The notes beneath the pieces were generated by a model that worked only from the letters and a program-made list of their open reading frames with translations, ran no database searches and had not been told where the DNA came from. A stretch of DNA of 63,544 bases, filler included, from Craspedostauros australis (Eukaryota): assembly GCA_030167865.1 (NCBI GenBank). It is 16 parts of 16 records of this genome, joined end to end, with 100 filler letters (N's around TTAATTAATTAA, not from the genome) between each part and the next. Parts side by side here need not be neighbours in the genome. Positions count along the whole stretch, not along the records: positions 45,881 to 59,528 come from JALAGF010002505.1; 15 more parts are not named here. One strand, given 5' to 3'. The translations under genes and the position numbers were made by a program. Positions 46,929-59,528 of the stretch are shown here, in pieces. The first letter of the stretch is position 1. Each line of letters starts with the position of its first letter.

Positions 46929-49900
46929 ATGATGAACCATCAAAAGTTGGAGGAAGTGGATGCTGCTGCTCCTTCTTCTGCCACGGCCACATCCACTCCA
47001 ACTCGAGAAGTTACGAATGAACCTGCGAAACAGATCGTTGACGACAACGACCATGACACCGGTGACGGGGCAGTTTATCAAGAGGTGCCTCCGCCGATGG
47101 ACTCAGCGCATCAAGGCAATCACAGCCCCGGCCACCAGCCACAGGAAGAATTGCAGGACGCTGATGCCGCGAATGGGGATGAAAAGTCTGCCCCCAACGA
47201 CGACGCCAAAACCAATTCGGCGATCATACCAGAGGGTGCAACCATTGAAGGAGGCCATGGAAGGAACGGAGATGACGAGTATGCGCAGGATACTGCCTTT
47301 GTTGCTGAGTCGAAGCAACAAACGAAGGCAGCATTCCATGCTCCGACGCAAACGCGTACAATTACAATTACACCAAATGCAGAACAGGCGATGGAGACAA
47401 CGACGGCAGGTGTTGCCAAAATTGACGGAGTTGCAACCAAACAAGGCCAACCTGCAGACTCTGGGCGAACTGCCAACAGTGGCGATGCTCTCGTTCACGG
47501 CGGTGGTCACTCAATCGATGACGACGACGAAGATGATGATGTGAAACCACTTGCGGCATCACTGCAGACAAGAGGTTCTGCGTCTCAGACTCACAAAAGT
47601 ACAAGCACAAACACAAATGATTCTGTTTACAGCAGCACTGATAGCAACGATGGCAACGATGGCATTGCGAGGAATGGCAATCGGGGGCAGCAGCTTGGCA
47701 GGGAGGCAATGATTGCGCAGAAGTTTTGGGAACAGAGAGAGCAGCAACTGAAGCAACCTGCAAAGAAACAACGCCACGCAAAGTCTCCACCCTCCATCCA
47801 AAACGCATCTGAGGAATTTCAACCATCCGAAAAGCCGCCCGCAAACCAACGACAAATCGTGGATGACAAGCAACAGCAACTTGACAATTATGTTCCAGCC
47901 TCATCATCTTTTCATCAAACAGAAGTAAACCCTCCTAACAGCAACATCAAGACCGAAGATCGACTCGAAACAACGTCGAGAAGCGGCTCTGCGACGACTG
48001 ATGGCGACACGGAGCGGCAAGTGCAACGACCAGTTCTCCAAAACATCGCGACGGACGAAGACATAAAGGCTGAACTCAATGCTCTTCGTCAAGCCGCTCA
48101 TGCATCGACTGCAGGAACATCTTCCTCAGCATTCGCTTCTTTGCCATCAAGAACAACGGCAACAGCAACAGCAACAGCAAACGAAGATAATGATGATTTG
48201 ATCGCAATGGATGCTGAAGACATCCATAACACCAGCAACATCAACCCACACGATCTGCACCAAGACTGCAATGACCTGAAAAGATCTGCTCAGTCGGCAT
48301 CACTATCAATACAGCGACTACCAAACACTCCAGCAAATATGGCCGTTTCTGACAACAACGGCAACAATGACGACGACGACGACGACGATGGGCTACTTTC
48401 ACCACAAGATGTGGCACGCAATGAGGTCCAGCCTGGTGCGTATCATTCTGATGGCATGCCATTCGACGCGCCATCACCTGCACGTGCTCAAACAAGAACC
48501 GGCTCGAGGCATCCTGAAGAATCATCAAGCGAAATTTTGACAACGCGGTCATCGCAGAGCCCCTCTGGAACAGGCAGCGGTCCATTCAGACGGAGAGGAA
48601 GTGACGTATCGTCCGATTCGTTGCACTCGGAGAAGGTTCGAGCATATCACAGCACGTACAGACCAGGGCAGACACATGTGGATCCAGGCATCCAGCTCCC
48701 AGTCTTGCCACGAAACCAATCGCAGGGTCAATCGGTATCAGACATGGAACCTCGCCTGCAATCAGGTTCATCTGAGCCACCCATGCCCAGTCATATGACC
48801 CGGCGGCATCGAAGCGGCGGTGATGCCTCTGCTGCACATTCGAGGATCAACAACATCGCAATGCGATCGCAGCATAGCAACGCTGATAGTCACCAATCTT
48901 ACGGACAGCGTTCGCACTCGCCAATCCACCACTCCCCAATCCCTTCCAGCCGGAGCTTTGGTTCGTCACGTGACAGCTTCACCTATCCTTCGCACTTGGA
49001 CGGAGGTGCCCCGATTCTGATCGAAGCAACTCTGGTGATCGACCGGGATTCCAAGGTGGAAGCCATGGACGATCTCAACCTCGATATCGACGGTTGCAAC
49101 TCAAGTCATCATGCCAATCACGATGGGGCTTCAACCAGCAGGCATATGGTGCGGAGTCAGCGTGGTGATGAAAGCAGGGACCTTGACTGCAATGGCATCA
49201 ACGCAAGTCTGGAAATGGAATATGGTGGTTCCGTGTTGGAATTATCCTCACTGCAGGCATCGAGATCTGTTGCTGCTGCTACTGGAGGCGGTGGCAGTGG
49301 TGGCGTACGTGATATTGACGGTTCTGGTGATGGAAACGAGAATGTCACTGGCACGGTGGGTGGAGTGGCCAACGTCGATGGCAACAGCGAAAGCCATCGC
49401 ACGTCGAGCCTGCGTGGGAGTCTCGTCATCATCGCAAATGCTGTTCAGGAAAATAAGAAACGAAACATCGTGATCGTAGTTGTGATGGCCGTGCTGGTCA
49501 TTGGCGTCATCTTGGGGGTGGTTCTGTCGTTGATGAGATCTGACAAGGATGACTCCGACAGCACGATTATCCGAGACCCGACGGACAACCTCAAATTCGA
49601 CAGCGTACTCGCGACTGTGCCGGAATCCATATGCTTCGAACGGAATCCTGGCGCGGGGGCAGGCATCCTGTGCACTGCCGACATGACGATCGACAGCCAG
49701 GGTGGCGGCGTTGGCAATCTTGTGGCCAAGGCTTTGCTATCGGAGGCCGAGGAAGCAGATATCTGCATCATCAACTCAGGTGCCATCCGAGATGATATCC
49801 GGATGGGCAACTTCACCCCTGGCGATGTGCTCAGCGTGTGGCCATTCGAGAACAAGGCCATCGCGTTCAATCTGTCCGGGCATGAAATCGTGAAGGTCCT

Positions 49901-50303
49901 GGAGCAGGGATTTGCGGGAGTGACGACATTGGACGGGAGGGGGAAGGAAATGTTGGATGGTGCTTATCCTTACGCTGCCGGCCTGAGATACGATGTCAAC
50001 ATGAGCGCGGCTGTCGGGAGTCGGTTGTTGAAGGTCGAGATGCGAATCCCATTCATCTCGTCTGATGCAAGTACTTGGACGGCGCTTGACTTGGAGAGGC
50101 GATATGTCGTCGTTGTGAATTCGTTCATCGCCGCCGGTGGCGACACATACGATATCGTCTCGGAGATTGAGAACAAGGAGGTGAAAGACTTGGGGACGGA
50201 GGTGGATGACGCCCTCGTCAGATACGCATGGAAACAGGACGTGCTCTTGGATCCCCCGCTGTCTGAGTACTCCACGCAGCTGTACATTCCGCATGTGCCG
50301 TGA
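46929..50303 (+). CDS. Single-pass membrane protein: long disordered N-terminus, TM helix, then only the 5'-nucleotidase C-terminal domain
   Basis: KKR then IVIVVVMAVLVIGVILGVVLSL (TM). GNLVAKA, IINSGAIR, WPFEN, GLRYDVN and NSFIAAGGDTY match 5_nucleotid_C. No metallophosphoesterase motifs seen. Confidence 0.85.
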   Translation: MMNHQKLEEVDAAAPSSATATSTPTREVTNEPAKQIVDDNDHDTGDGAVYQEVPPPMDSAHQGNHSPGHQPQEELQDADAANGDEKSAPNDDAKTNSAIIPEGATIEGGHGRNGDDEYAQDTAFVAESKQQTKAAFHAPTQTRTITITPNAEQAMETTTAGVAKIDGVATKQGQPADSGRTANSGDALVHGGGHSIDDDDEDDDVKPLAASLQTRGSASQTHKSTSTNTNDSVYSSTDSNDGNDGIARNGNRGQQLGREAMIAQKFWEQREQQLKQPAKKQRHAKSPPSIQNASEEFQPSEKPPANQRQIVDDKQQQLDNYVPASSSFHQTEVNPPNSNIKTEDRLETTSRSGSATTDGDTERQVQRPVLQNIATDEDIKAELNALRQAAHASTAGTSSSAFASLPSRTTATATATANEDNDDLIAMDAEDIHNTSNINPHDLHQDCNDLKRSAQSASLSIQRLPNTPANMAVSDNNGNNDDDDDDDGLLSPQDVARNEVQPGAYHSDGMPFDAPSPARAQTRTGSRHPEESSSEILTTRSSQSPSGTGSGPFRRRGSDVSSDSLHSEKVRAYHSTYRPGQTHVDPGIQLPVLPRNQSQGQSVSDMEPRLQSGSSEPPMPSHMTRRHRSGGDASAAHSRINNIAMRSQHSNADSHQSYGQRSHSPIHHSPIPSSRSFGSSRDSFTYPSHLDGGAPILIEATLVIDRDSKVEAMDDLNLDIDGCNSSHHANHDGASTSRHMVRSQRGDESRDLDCNGINASLEMEYGGSVLELSSLQASRSVAAATGGGGSGGVRDIDGSGDGNENVTGTVGGVANVDGNSESHRTSSLRGSLVIIANAVQENKKRNIVIVVVMAVLVIGVILGVVLSLMRSDKDDSDSTIIRDPTDNLKFDSVLATVPESICFERNPGAGAGILCTADMTIDSQGGGVGNLVAKALLSEAEEADICIINSGAIRDDIRMGNFTPGDVLSVWPFENKAIAFNLSGHEIVKVLEQGFAGVTTLDGRGKEMLDGAYPYAAGLRYDVNMSAAVGSRLLKVEMRIPFISSDASTWTALDLERRYVVVVNSFIAAGGDTYDIVSEIENKEVKDLGTEVDDALVRYAWKQDVLLDPPLSEYSTQLYIPHVP

Positions 50304-52877
50304 CCAAAAACTCAAGAAAGGAATGTATTATATGTATCGTATAATAGAATTGAATGCTCGGATAGACTATCACGTGTAATACCGCTGGAGGTGCCTCAAC
50401 GTCAGACGTGATAATGTCCTGCGAGCATGCATGGTGCATGCCATGCAATTATACTTCTTGTGATATACTGGAACTACGAGCTTGTAAGCTATGTAAGCTA
50501 TGTAAGCTATGTGCGCTTCCTCTCCTCTTTGCGCTGGCACTATTGGTTGCAGTTGCAGATGCAGATGCGAACTTCCTGCTCTTTGGGAATGAAAGAGAAG
50601 CAACGACGCCACTCGCCAAGTGTGTACGACTATGCGCATGGTGTAGAGCGAGTTAGCTACCGGCGAACGCTTCACCCGTTGTGTGGAATGTGTGACAGAA
50701 CAGAAAAATCAATAACGTGAGTAACCCAGTGCAACGCCTGCCTCACCGAAATCTTGGCCAAGACAGAAACCACGACCAAGTCTCATCGTCTGGACCGTCA
50801 GGGCATATCTCGTCCAAGATGGTCACGCCAGCACGTGAGCATGCAAGAACGTGAGCATCGACGCATTACCATACGCGCACGAGTGAACCACATCGGCCAC
50901 TATTCTTCGGATGTCGGTACACTTGGTGCTAGTGGATGGGAGTGCTTTAGCCAGCCTGCGTCTTCGTGCTTGTCGCATGAGAGAAAGAGGCATTCCGGAG
51001 TGCCATGGCGCAAGAGCAAGAGTATTGCCATGACGCGACTCTCTGGAGAGTACGCACGATTCTTATCGCTATCTGCTGATGCGGAGATGGAGGTCTTCAG
51101 AGAGAGAGGCCTTCGCTCCTGGAGTGCAATGTCCTGCGCATCATCTCATTCTTCTACACCATTGGTCACGTCTCCTTTTCTCACGCGTTCTTTGCAGAAA
51201 CGCACTCGTCGCCATTGTCGCTGACACGCTGCAAACATTTGACTGGAAAAGAGAGATAGTCGCTTCTGCACCGATTCGGCATCATTGGCGAAGTGTTGAA
51301 CCCATGCCCCGTCTCTCCAAAACTGCGGTCTCTCACAAATGGTGGGCCAAAATAATACAAACGAAAGAACAACTCGATTGCGAACAGCCCCCGACATTGT
51401 TCTTCTGCTGAAGATGGTGCTCTCGTGCGGAATAGAGTAGTGTGGTACTCCACTCGGACTAGCAGCCCACACAACGTATCTCTGCCTGCGTTTCCAATTC
51501 TATTTGTGCAACCGGATTACTGACTCTACCTGCTAGAGAGAACTCTACTCTACACACACTTGCGCTTGGTTGTGGATTTCTTCTGAAACCCACAGCCACA
51601 GGAGTGTCTGATCGCTGAGGCACGCGTGTTGCCTGTTGCTCATCCAGCAAGGTGCAAGAAATAGAGTTCAGAGTTCAGCGCGCGCTAGAGAGAGAGAGAG
51701 AGTGGAGTCAAGCAGAGTAGAGTATTGCAACGAGTATTCTATTTGTAGGACCGCCGTGTGTACTCTGCTCATAGCTCGTACCCATGGGCTGTTCGTACAT
51801 CCTCTCGGGCTCCTCTTTCCACCATCGCAGGTGGTCTGCCTTGATGGGGGAGTGGTTGAGGCTTACCACAACGAATTGTCATGACTGCGCGAGCAGGACT
51901 GCTGGGCGAGAGTTCTCTCCCGAAGCCCTTCCAATCCACATTTTGCACACACACGCAACCGAAAACGAAAACGTGAGCACCCATACGAGCCAGACAAGAG
52001 AAGGGGAGAATGGCAGGGTTATCAGGGTGTTGGTCTCGGATGAAACTTGGTGCTCGATGTACATTTACAGTAGGTGCAGTAGGCGAATATCAGCAATGCC
52101 TCGCTCAACCAGCGTGCAATAGAACGAAGGACAGCATGGAATGACTCTCAACTCTCTTTTGCTTTCCAATAGAATGTGTTGTATAACAGGTGCACAGTGG
52201 AAAAGAGCGAGGCATGCTCCTGGACGACAGCATTGCCTCCTTCATCGCATTAGGAATGCTCGAAGCATCGATGGATTGTATTATATGTATGCAGCATCCT
52301 ACTGAATGTGGCATGTCAGTAGCTTTTTCTATTATACTCAGAGTACTGCAGAGCACGACCGTCGTAATATGCTCAATATTCTTGCAACGGAAGCTACAGC
52401 AACACAAACGAAGCTGGCATCGCCTTCGGATTGTGCGGTGTTGCTTTCTCCACTCTCTCTCTCTCTCTCTCTCCAGCTTGTATCGCTCTATGCAGCTCTG
52501 TGAGATACTCCACACTTATTCTTTCGTGAAAAGATCGAGATGGTGCCTCATGCATGCGCCACCCTTCGTGGTCTCGCACATGGAAGCGTGAAATGAGATG
52601 TAATCGTAGGATGGTCACGTCGTGGGATTATGCTGCCGGGTTCTGCGGTGAATGCATCAAACAAGAGTAAGCCAACATTGAGTGTGCATATCACGCTCCT
52701 CTCAACCCCGCTCCGCTGTATCCTTCTCATCAAAGCCGATCAAAGCCAATGGTACGAGCAACATGATTGCACAACCAAAATATAGGCATTGGGTTGAGCA
52801 GCATATACGTGTAAATGTAAGTGAGAATAATGTGTACAATGCAATCCTATTTGTTTCAATGCTGCCTGTTCCGAAGC

Positions 52878-54976
52878 CTAATCGGTGCCCATCAGGTTCA
52901 GCAATTTGTCTATCCAATCCGATCCAAGCTCGTGCGATCCTTCAGTGAAGGATAGTCGATTTCCAGTGAAGGCCTGTCCCGATGTCGCCCTATTCGAAGC
53001 CGCAGTCGCCACTGCAGATGTGTTTGTCGATGCTGTTGACATTCCTGTCGACGCTCCTTGAAATGAGAAAGCTGACTGTGCGGGTTGTTGTTGCTGAGAC
53101 TGTGCATGTGGATGCGGTAACTGCGATGTAAATTGGGGGAACGTAAGCGTTGGCATTGAGAGTGGTGCCATGGGGTCGAATACTACATCTGTTTGTGACC
53201 GGAAGGAGCTTCTCTGATTCTCGTTGATGTCATTGCCCATTCGGCTTGGAGCTGATACAATCGGCCCATCGTTCCCGCACAAAAGCCCGAGGTTATCGGT
53301 TGCCCGATCTTGAAGGAATGTGGGATGCACCAGGTTCCCTTCGAAGAGAAACGCATTTGCGTTTGGATGTTCGTGCAGTGGGAGTGGCATAAGATCTGCA
53401 TTGCGATCGGGCACTTCTGATGCTTCAAATCTAGGGCCGGCCATGGCGGGGAATGGTTGGCCAGCAATCAACTGCGAAGGTCTCATGAGTGCATCGAACT
53501 GGTCGCCACCGATATTTGCCGCAGCTTGCACTCCAGCCGGGGATCGAATTTCCGTCATTACTGCAGAAGGCAGGGCTCGAGTTGCTGGCGTTGGTGTTGG
53601 CTGGCTGAGGACCCTCTCAATACCGTGTGTTTCGATGTGCTTACAGTACGCGCACTTCCTGGAATGCTGGAATTTGATTTTGATTCTGTCCATCTTGTGG
53701 CCGAGAGATGGATGCCCACGAACGAACAAGGGGTGGAAGTCTGTTTGGTGAACGGAAGGAAGCAAGAGCGTGTAAATAGAGCAGAGATAACGAAGCATCT
53801 TATGTCAGATGATGCGCGTTCAATGAGACTCGGTCCAGTCTTGCTTGCTGCTGCTTTTACCTTTCACAAGGCTCAACAAGTGCTGAGGCATGTTGGTGGA
53901 GAGTGTTGCTGTGTGTTGATTGTGTTGATTGAAGTCCCCTATCTTTCACGAGAGAAAGAGAGAGAGGCAGAGAGGGAACCAGGTGGACCATGGTTGCCGA
54001 TGGGCCCATCGCAACCTTCCTCTCCGAGATCTTCCTTTATTGCCTGCGTACCAGCACTTCCACTGACATCGGGAACGGATGTGACAGCGACAACAGCAAC
54101 AGCAAACGCAGCAGCAGCAATGGCGAGACTTGAATTCAATCAAGATGGAAACTTACATGCACCTCTCCGGTTCTCTCCGCAGCACTTGCGGCAGGTGGTG
54201 AAACCCCAAAGATTGAGTGACCGAGCGAAGCTCTTGTACTTCGACTGGCGGACGTATCGAGGAAGGAGCTGCTCCACGAAAGCTGCGCGATCGTGGACCT
54301 TGAACATTTGTCCACATGGGTTCCATGAGATGATGTGTTCGAAGTTGTTGCGAGCGGAGTCCTCAAGGAGCTGGTGCAGCATCCACGGGAACTGCAGCTC
54401 TCCTCCTCTGTACGTCTTTGGTCTGTTGCTGTCGATCTGTCGCTTGCGCCTTCGCCGACCTTTTCGACCCGCCGCTTCGCCAGCTTTGCTGGTGCTAGCG
54501 TCATTGGCGGCCAGGGCGCTCTGTTCTGGAGACGGAGGAGCCACTTGCGTGCGGCCAGTGACGTTGGGGTTGCTGGAAGCCTTCCCGTCGGGCACCTTGT
54601 CCACCATTTCGGCGAAGCTCTGATAAGAATCCGTGCCGTCATGGTCATGGACGAGCCTATTCATGGTGGTGCCGACGCCGGCGCTCACTTTGCGGCTTTC
54701 GTCATCGTCGTGGTCTCTTTCGCTGTCGCCATCGCTGTTGCTCTCCTCGCCGATGGTGTCATCAAGATCCTGGTAGTCGGCAGCCGGGATGGTCCCGAAG
54801 GAGGGACGCTGTGCCTTGCTTGAGTGCTTTGATGGTTGGAAGTCTTCCTCCATTCCTCTTGTTTCGATATGCACGACGGATCGTTTGGTGCAGAGAAGTT
54901 GGTGTTGGAGATGGATGGATCGATCGATGGCGCTGGCTTCGATGTCCTCGCCCCACGCATACAGATCAGTGATCAT
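52878..54976 (-). CDS. Heat shock transcription factor (HSF DNA-binding domain); intron 53741-54156
   Basis: FPWMLHQLL, IISW, FKVHD, LPRY..QSKYKSFARSLNLWGF. Removing the GTAAGT..CAG intron gives GAYFHPLFVRG. The start codon could be 54976 or 54853. Confidence 0.9.
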
Positions 54977-57900
54977 CGCGGTTGCCGTTTCTTGTGGAAC
55001 TGGGAGTAGATAATGGATGTGTGCTCAACCAAGCTTGTTTGATTGCCGTCGAGCTGGTATGTGTGGGTGTGCGCGGGTGTTTGGGAGTATGTGAAAGTGT
55101 CAATGTGCCGGTACTCTCTGTATGCTTGGATCAGGTCGGATGGTCGTAGAGAAGCCAGATGGTTGAAGGGCTGTATCGTGCTTGTACGAACTCGTGTAGC
55201 TGGTAGGAATGAGGCGCTGCTGTTGCTGGATTATGGGATCACTGCGGAGCGGAAATCTGACGAGGGCCGAAATCCACCAGCCTCCGCTACGTGTCTTGTC
55301 GTGGTCCTTGTGGCTGCTGATGATGAATTGGCTGGCCAGGCTCGGGCTCCGCAAAAGTGTCTCTCGAGGCTTCGTGCGGTACAGCAGTGTGATACTCGCA
55401 CGTACATGCGCATACATACGCTACGACCACCTGCGCAACCTTCGTGTGGATGTATGGGGGTCCACGGAAATCAGCAAAAAAGCGCCAATGACGAGCACCC
55501 CGCATAGATTACGCGCTGAAATGCGACCATTCGGCCTCTCGAGCTGAATGGGAGCAATGTCTTTGTTTCTGAACGGGCGACACCTCCACACGAGGACATG
55601 TGTCGACAGGTTATGTCATTGTGCGCAGTGGAGGCCTGATCACGTCACGAACTGAGGATGACAGTTTATCTGTTCATTGTGGTTGCGTCTGTTCGACCCA
55701 CGCAGTCACTAATCGGCATTGGAATCCTATTCCGGTCACAGAAATGGGCCAGATCACCACCACGCACTTTTCTGTCATACGACATGATGATTCGCAAACC
55801 AGAGGCTTATGGGCCCTATGTCTCAGTTGGCTTCGTCCATCGACTTCTGGTCCAAAGATGTGCTCGCTGCTGCATCCCACCACCGTCTGACAAATTCCGA
55901 GCAATACTTGCGGAGGGTGGAGTCCTCATGTTTTACCACACATACCTACACTCTACTCGAAACAGTCGTGTGTGAGGGTGTAGAGTGGATTGTATCCCCA
56001 AGCGTCCCCGGCATTTGCCGTAGTTTCGCTTTGTTCTCTGAGACGAGACGCATCGTGTACAAAACGCGAGTGGCTATGCCTTGGTCACGTCAAACAATTG
56101 GGACCATTTCAGTTGTGGTCGCCTTTTTGTTGGCTTCTTTTCCCACGCTGTGCATGATTCATGGGCTGCTCACGTCCCACTCGCTGACTGTGTTTCACAC
56201 ATGCGGGCATTTTGAAGCTCAAAGAGATGATGTGCGTCGCGACGTGGCCAGACCAGGATTAGCAGAAGCTGGTCACGTCAATTTTATCTGATCTGATGCA
56301 GTTGTTGCATGGTTGCTCACGCATTTGCCATAGTGCGATGTGAGATTGTTGGAGGTTAACCCCCCATGGCGATGGGGCATGTCTCCAATGCAACCATGAG
56401 GTTATTCGCAGCTCGTGTCCCATCTCCTCTGTCGATGCATTCCATTTCCTTCGAAAGCGGAAAAGACTTGAGAGTAAGACAGACAGTCTCACGGAAACAA
56501 TCGGCACTGGCACATGTAACATCTGTGTGAGCACCCCTTTTCCTGGAAGGCAGTGTATTTATCGTACGTTATGTAAATGCAGACGATTGCAATCGCCATA
56601 GCCCAAAACAACTGGGCCCAAGAGGACACGGTGTTGCCTTAATCCACAGATCGTTCAGACAGCGCGATCCACATGGAGACTGCTTTGGAGTGTCGAGAGC
56701 ACATACTCCAAACGACGCAACTTCGCGCGTGGTACGTAACATACGGATACGGCTACCTACACGTCGGTACGAATATCTCTACTCTGCTCCAGGAGAACCG
56801 TACTACTCCAGTAGGAACGGTACGGATAGAAAGCGTGCTGGGCACTCCCACTTGCTCTGGTCTGTTCTGCTCTACTCTGTTCTGCTCGTACTGGCGGCCA
56901 GAATCTCATACGAAATCACGGCACCGAATCCTCTGGTCGGCAGTTCCGCAGCACGACGATGACATTCAGAACACCAATTAGCTCCAGGAGTCTCTCTCTC
57001 TCTCTCTCTCTCTCTACTCGTACTCGTGGAGCCACAAACTCAGTTGTGTGGTACCAACGCACGCCAAGACAATGAGGGCTCCATGCCAAAAGAGGAGCGT
57101 GACGTCAGTGGCCTACGTTATGTCCCGAATGTGCGAAGACGAGTGTCAGAATGTTGATCGTGGGGTCTTTTGTTCCCGGAACGGGGTGCTCTCGAGTCAG
57201 ACGGAGCAATGCGCTTCGCTGGCCTTTTAAAGTCAGCGGCGTTCCTACCGGCAGGTGAGGATATTCCGTCCGATTCGCAGTATACTACCTATGGTACCTG
57301 GGCTTGCGAGTACCATACACATCACACCGTGGGAAGTTGTCGAGTCTGTCAGAATCTGCGTATGTCTTGGTGCTCTCTTCGAGAACTTTGCGACTCGAAT
57401 ACGGCTCGACCATACTTCTATGTACGGCAAGCAGAGATATCTGCCTTTCGCAATGATGACGCACCTCCTCGTGCATGCTCGTGTGCTGGTGTGGCGCCAG
57501 ACTTGTCACCGGCGAGGCAGTGAGAAAGATCGATCACGTTCCTCAGCCCGCCTTGTCCGCTCGCCCTGACTTGTTTGCGCTTCTTCCGAAACGGAAGGCG
57601 AGCAAGTGAAGAATGTGAAGGCCTTTGCAACGTACGAGTACTGCCCTCTATCCGAGCGAAGGAGACGAGAAGAGTGTTCTAATCTACGTCTAGTTGGTTC
57701 CATAGAATTGTAAGCTGGGCATCTTTTCCAACCAGCTCTGTCTGGATCTGGTTGCTGATTTATGTATGCAGACAGCCAAGGCTTGCCTTGCCGTCACTCC
57801 CTGCACCGAGATTCCAATGCGTAGTGCATGTGAATGTCAACATGAAAACCCATGGGACTGCTTCGCTACCATAGGCAGCCTCTCCCATGCGCGTGGCAGC

Positions 57901-59331
57901 ATCTTGATGACGTTGGAGTGCCAGAATCATCGCTGACTTTTGGTGTGGACTTTTGATGCCTGCTCATGACTTCCTCGTTCGTACCATAGCTCGTACGTAC
58001 TTGTAGAGTGCATGGAGTACATACTTGCGCAAGTACTGATCTGGTTTGTCCCGAGTCCGGGGACTGCGCAGACAAGGAAGGCATGCAGGCATGCTGCATT
58101 CAAACAGAAGTATTCTTCGGCGCTTTGGGGCGTCGGGTGAAGTCGTGCTTGTCTCCACATGCATTACATTGTGCTGCAGAGGCTCGGCATATCTCTGCCG
58201 GCATGGTCCAGGTCGCAAGAGAGGATTGGCGTACCTACCATACATGAACGCACCCGAAGCGCCACATTGGACGTAGTTCCGGACCGCGAGTCTTCTTCCA
58301 TTCCATGCAGTGGCGCCGCCCGGTACTCGTGTTGGAGTATTGTTAGGATGTGATAGTACATTGTAGTGTACCATACCTAGTGTTTCACTTGGTAGAAGAG
58401 CGGATTTTGATGCGCACTCTCAGCGCAGATGGCAAACGGGGAAAGAAGCAGGAAGGCAAGACGGTAAGAAAGAGAGAAACGAAGGGAGGGAACTGAAGGC
58501 TATCGTCGACAAAAGTCGAGCACGTCTTGAATTTCTGTTCACGTCGATCTGCCCTACTCTTCTGCGACACTTGCACTTGAATATAGATGCGAGAAGAACC
58601 GAATGGAGCGGGAGAAGGTATTCTATGCATCATCTGCACAGGGATTCACGAGTACTTCATCGCATTCAAGCAGGGCTGCCTCTCTCACAGGATGGCTTGG
58701 AACTGCGGTCGATCTTTGTGGAGTCTCACAGAAATCGCATTCCATTTTGTCGTTGTCTTGGTTGAGATTGAAGTCGAGATTGAGACCAAGAGAGCCAGAA
58801 TCGCTGCTGTGCGAAAGAAAATGTTATTGCCGAGGATGCGCTGTTCGGCAGTTGCTTCAGACAGATCTGAGGATGCTACGTACATTGTCGCTGTTGTCGC
58901 TGGTATCACTATCCTCGTTGGCGTTCGTGCTTTGCGCTTGCACCAACAATACAATCATGTGAACTTGCGAAAGCAGAGATTTGTCTCAGGTGATTATGCC
59001 CTTTTGCAAAACGTAAGATATTGATATAGCATGCTTTGTAATAGAGCAATAGGAAGCCATACTGTTGGAAGCGATGAGACGAGGGCGGCGAAAGATGAAC
59101 GAGTTCGTGTTATTTCTCGTGCTTCCGCGAGACACCAGCATCCAAGCAAATAAGTGGCCTCTTTCGGTCTGTACACCAACGTTTTCGAACGATAAAAGTT
59201 CGTTTAGGACGTGAGTTAGGATTCGGGCGTAGGCGTCGCGAATCGGTGGAGAATGCCTCGTGAATCTGCCGGCTTCGGGATAGCCGTGTGATGCAGTTCA
59301 AGAGAGGTGTGCTGGTTGAAGAGTTATAACT

Positions 59332-59528
59332 TGTAACGATGAGTAGTAGAGTGCTTTGTAGCTAATCCTTGTCTGTTATTATGAGTTAGCTTATTGGTGT
59401 TAGTAGGGTGAAGAAACGATGCCACACAACTTGGCGAGACCCCACACTGATGCACTTGATTCAGTGCAACAGAGTAGACAATCAATACAGTACTTTGCTC
59501 TCCGCACATGTAGTTACACTGCAGTGTA
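59332..59528 (-). repeat. Dispersed ~190-bp repeat, copy 2, with TGTAAC...GTTACA inverted ends (59332-59518)
   Basis: Reverse-complement match to 16155-16338. Confidence 0.85.

Noticed and set aside
55000..59300. Many short ORFs upstream of the HSF gene
   Set aside because: No coding signal recognised; treated as a long intergenic or regulatory region.
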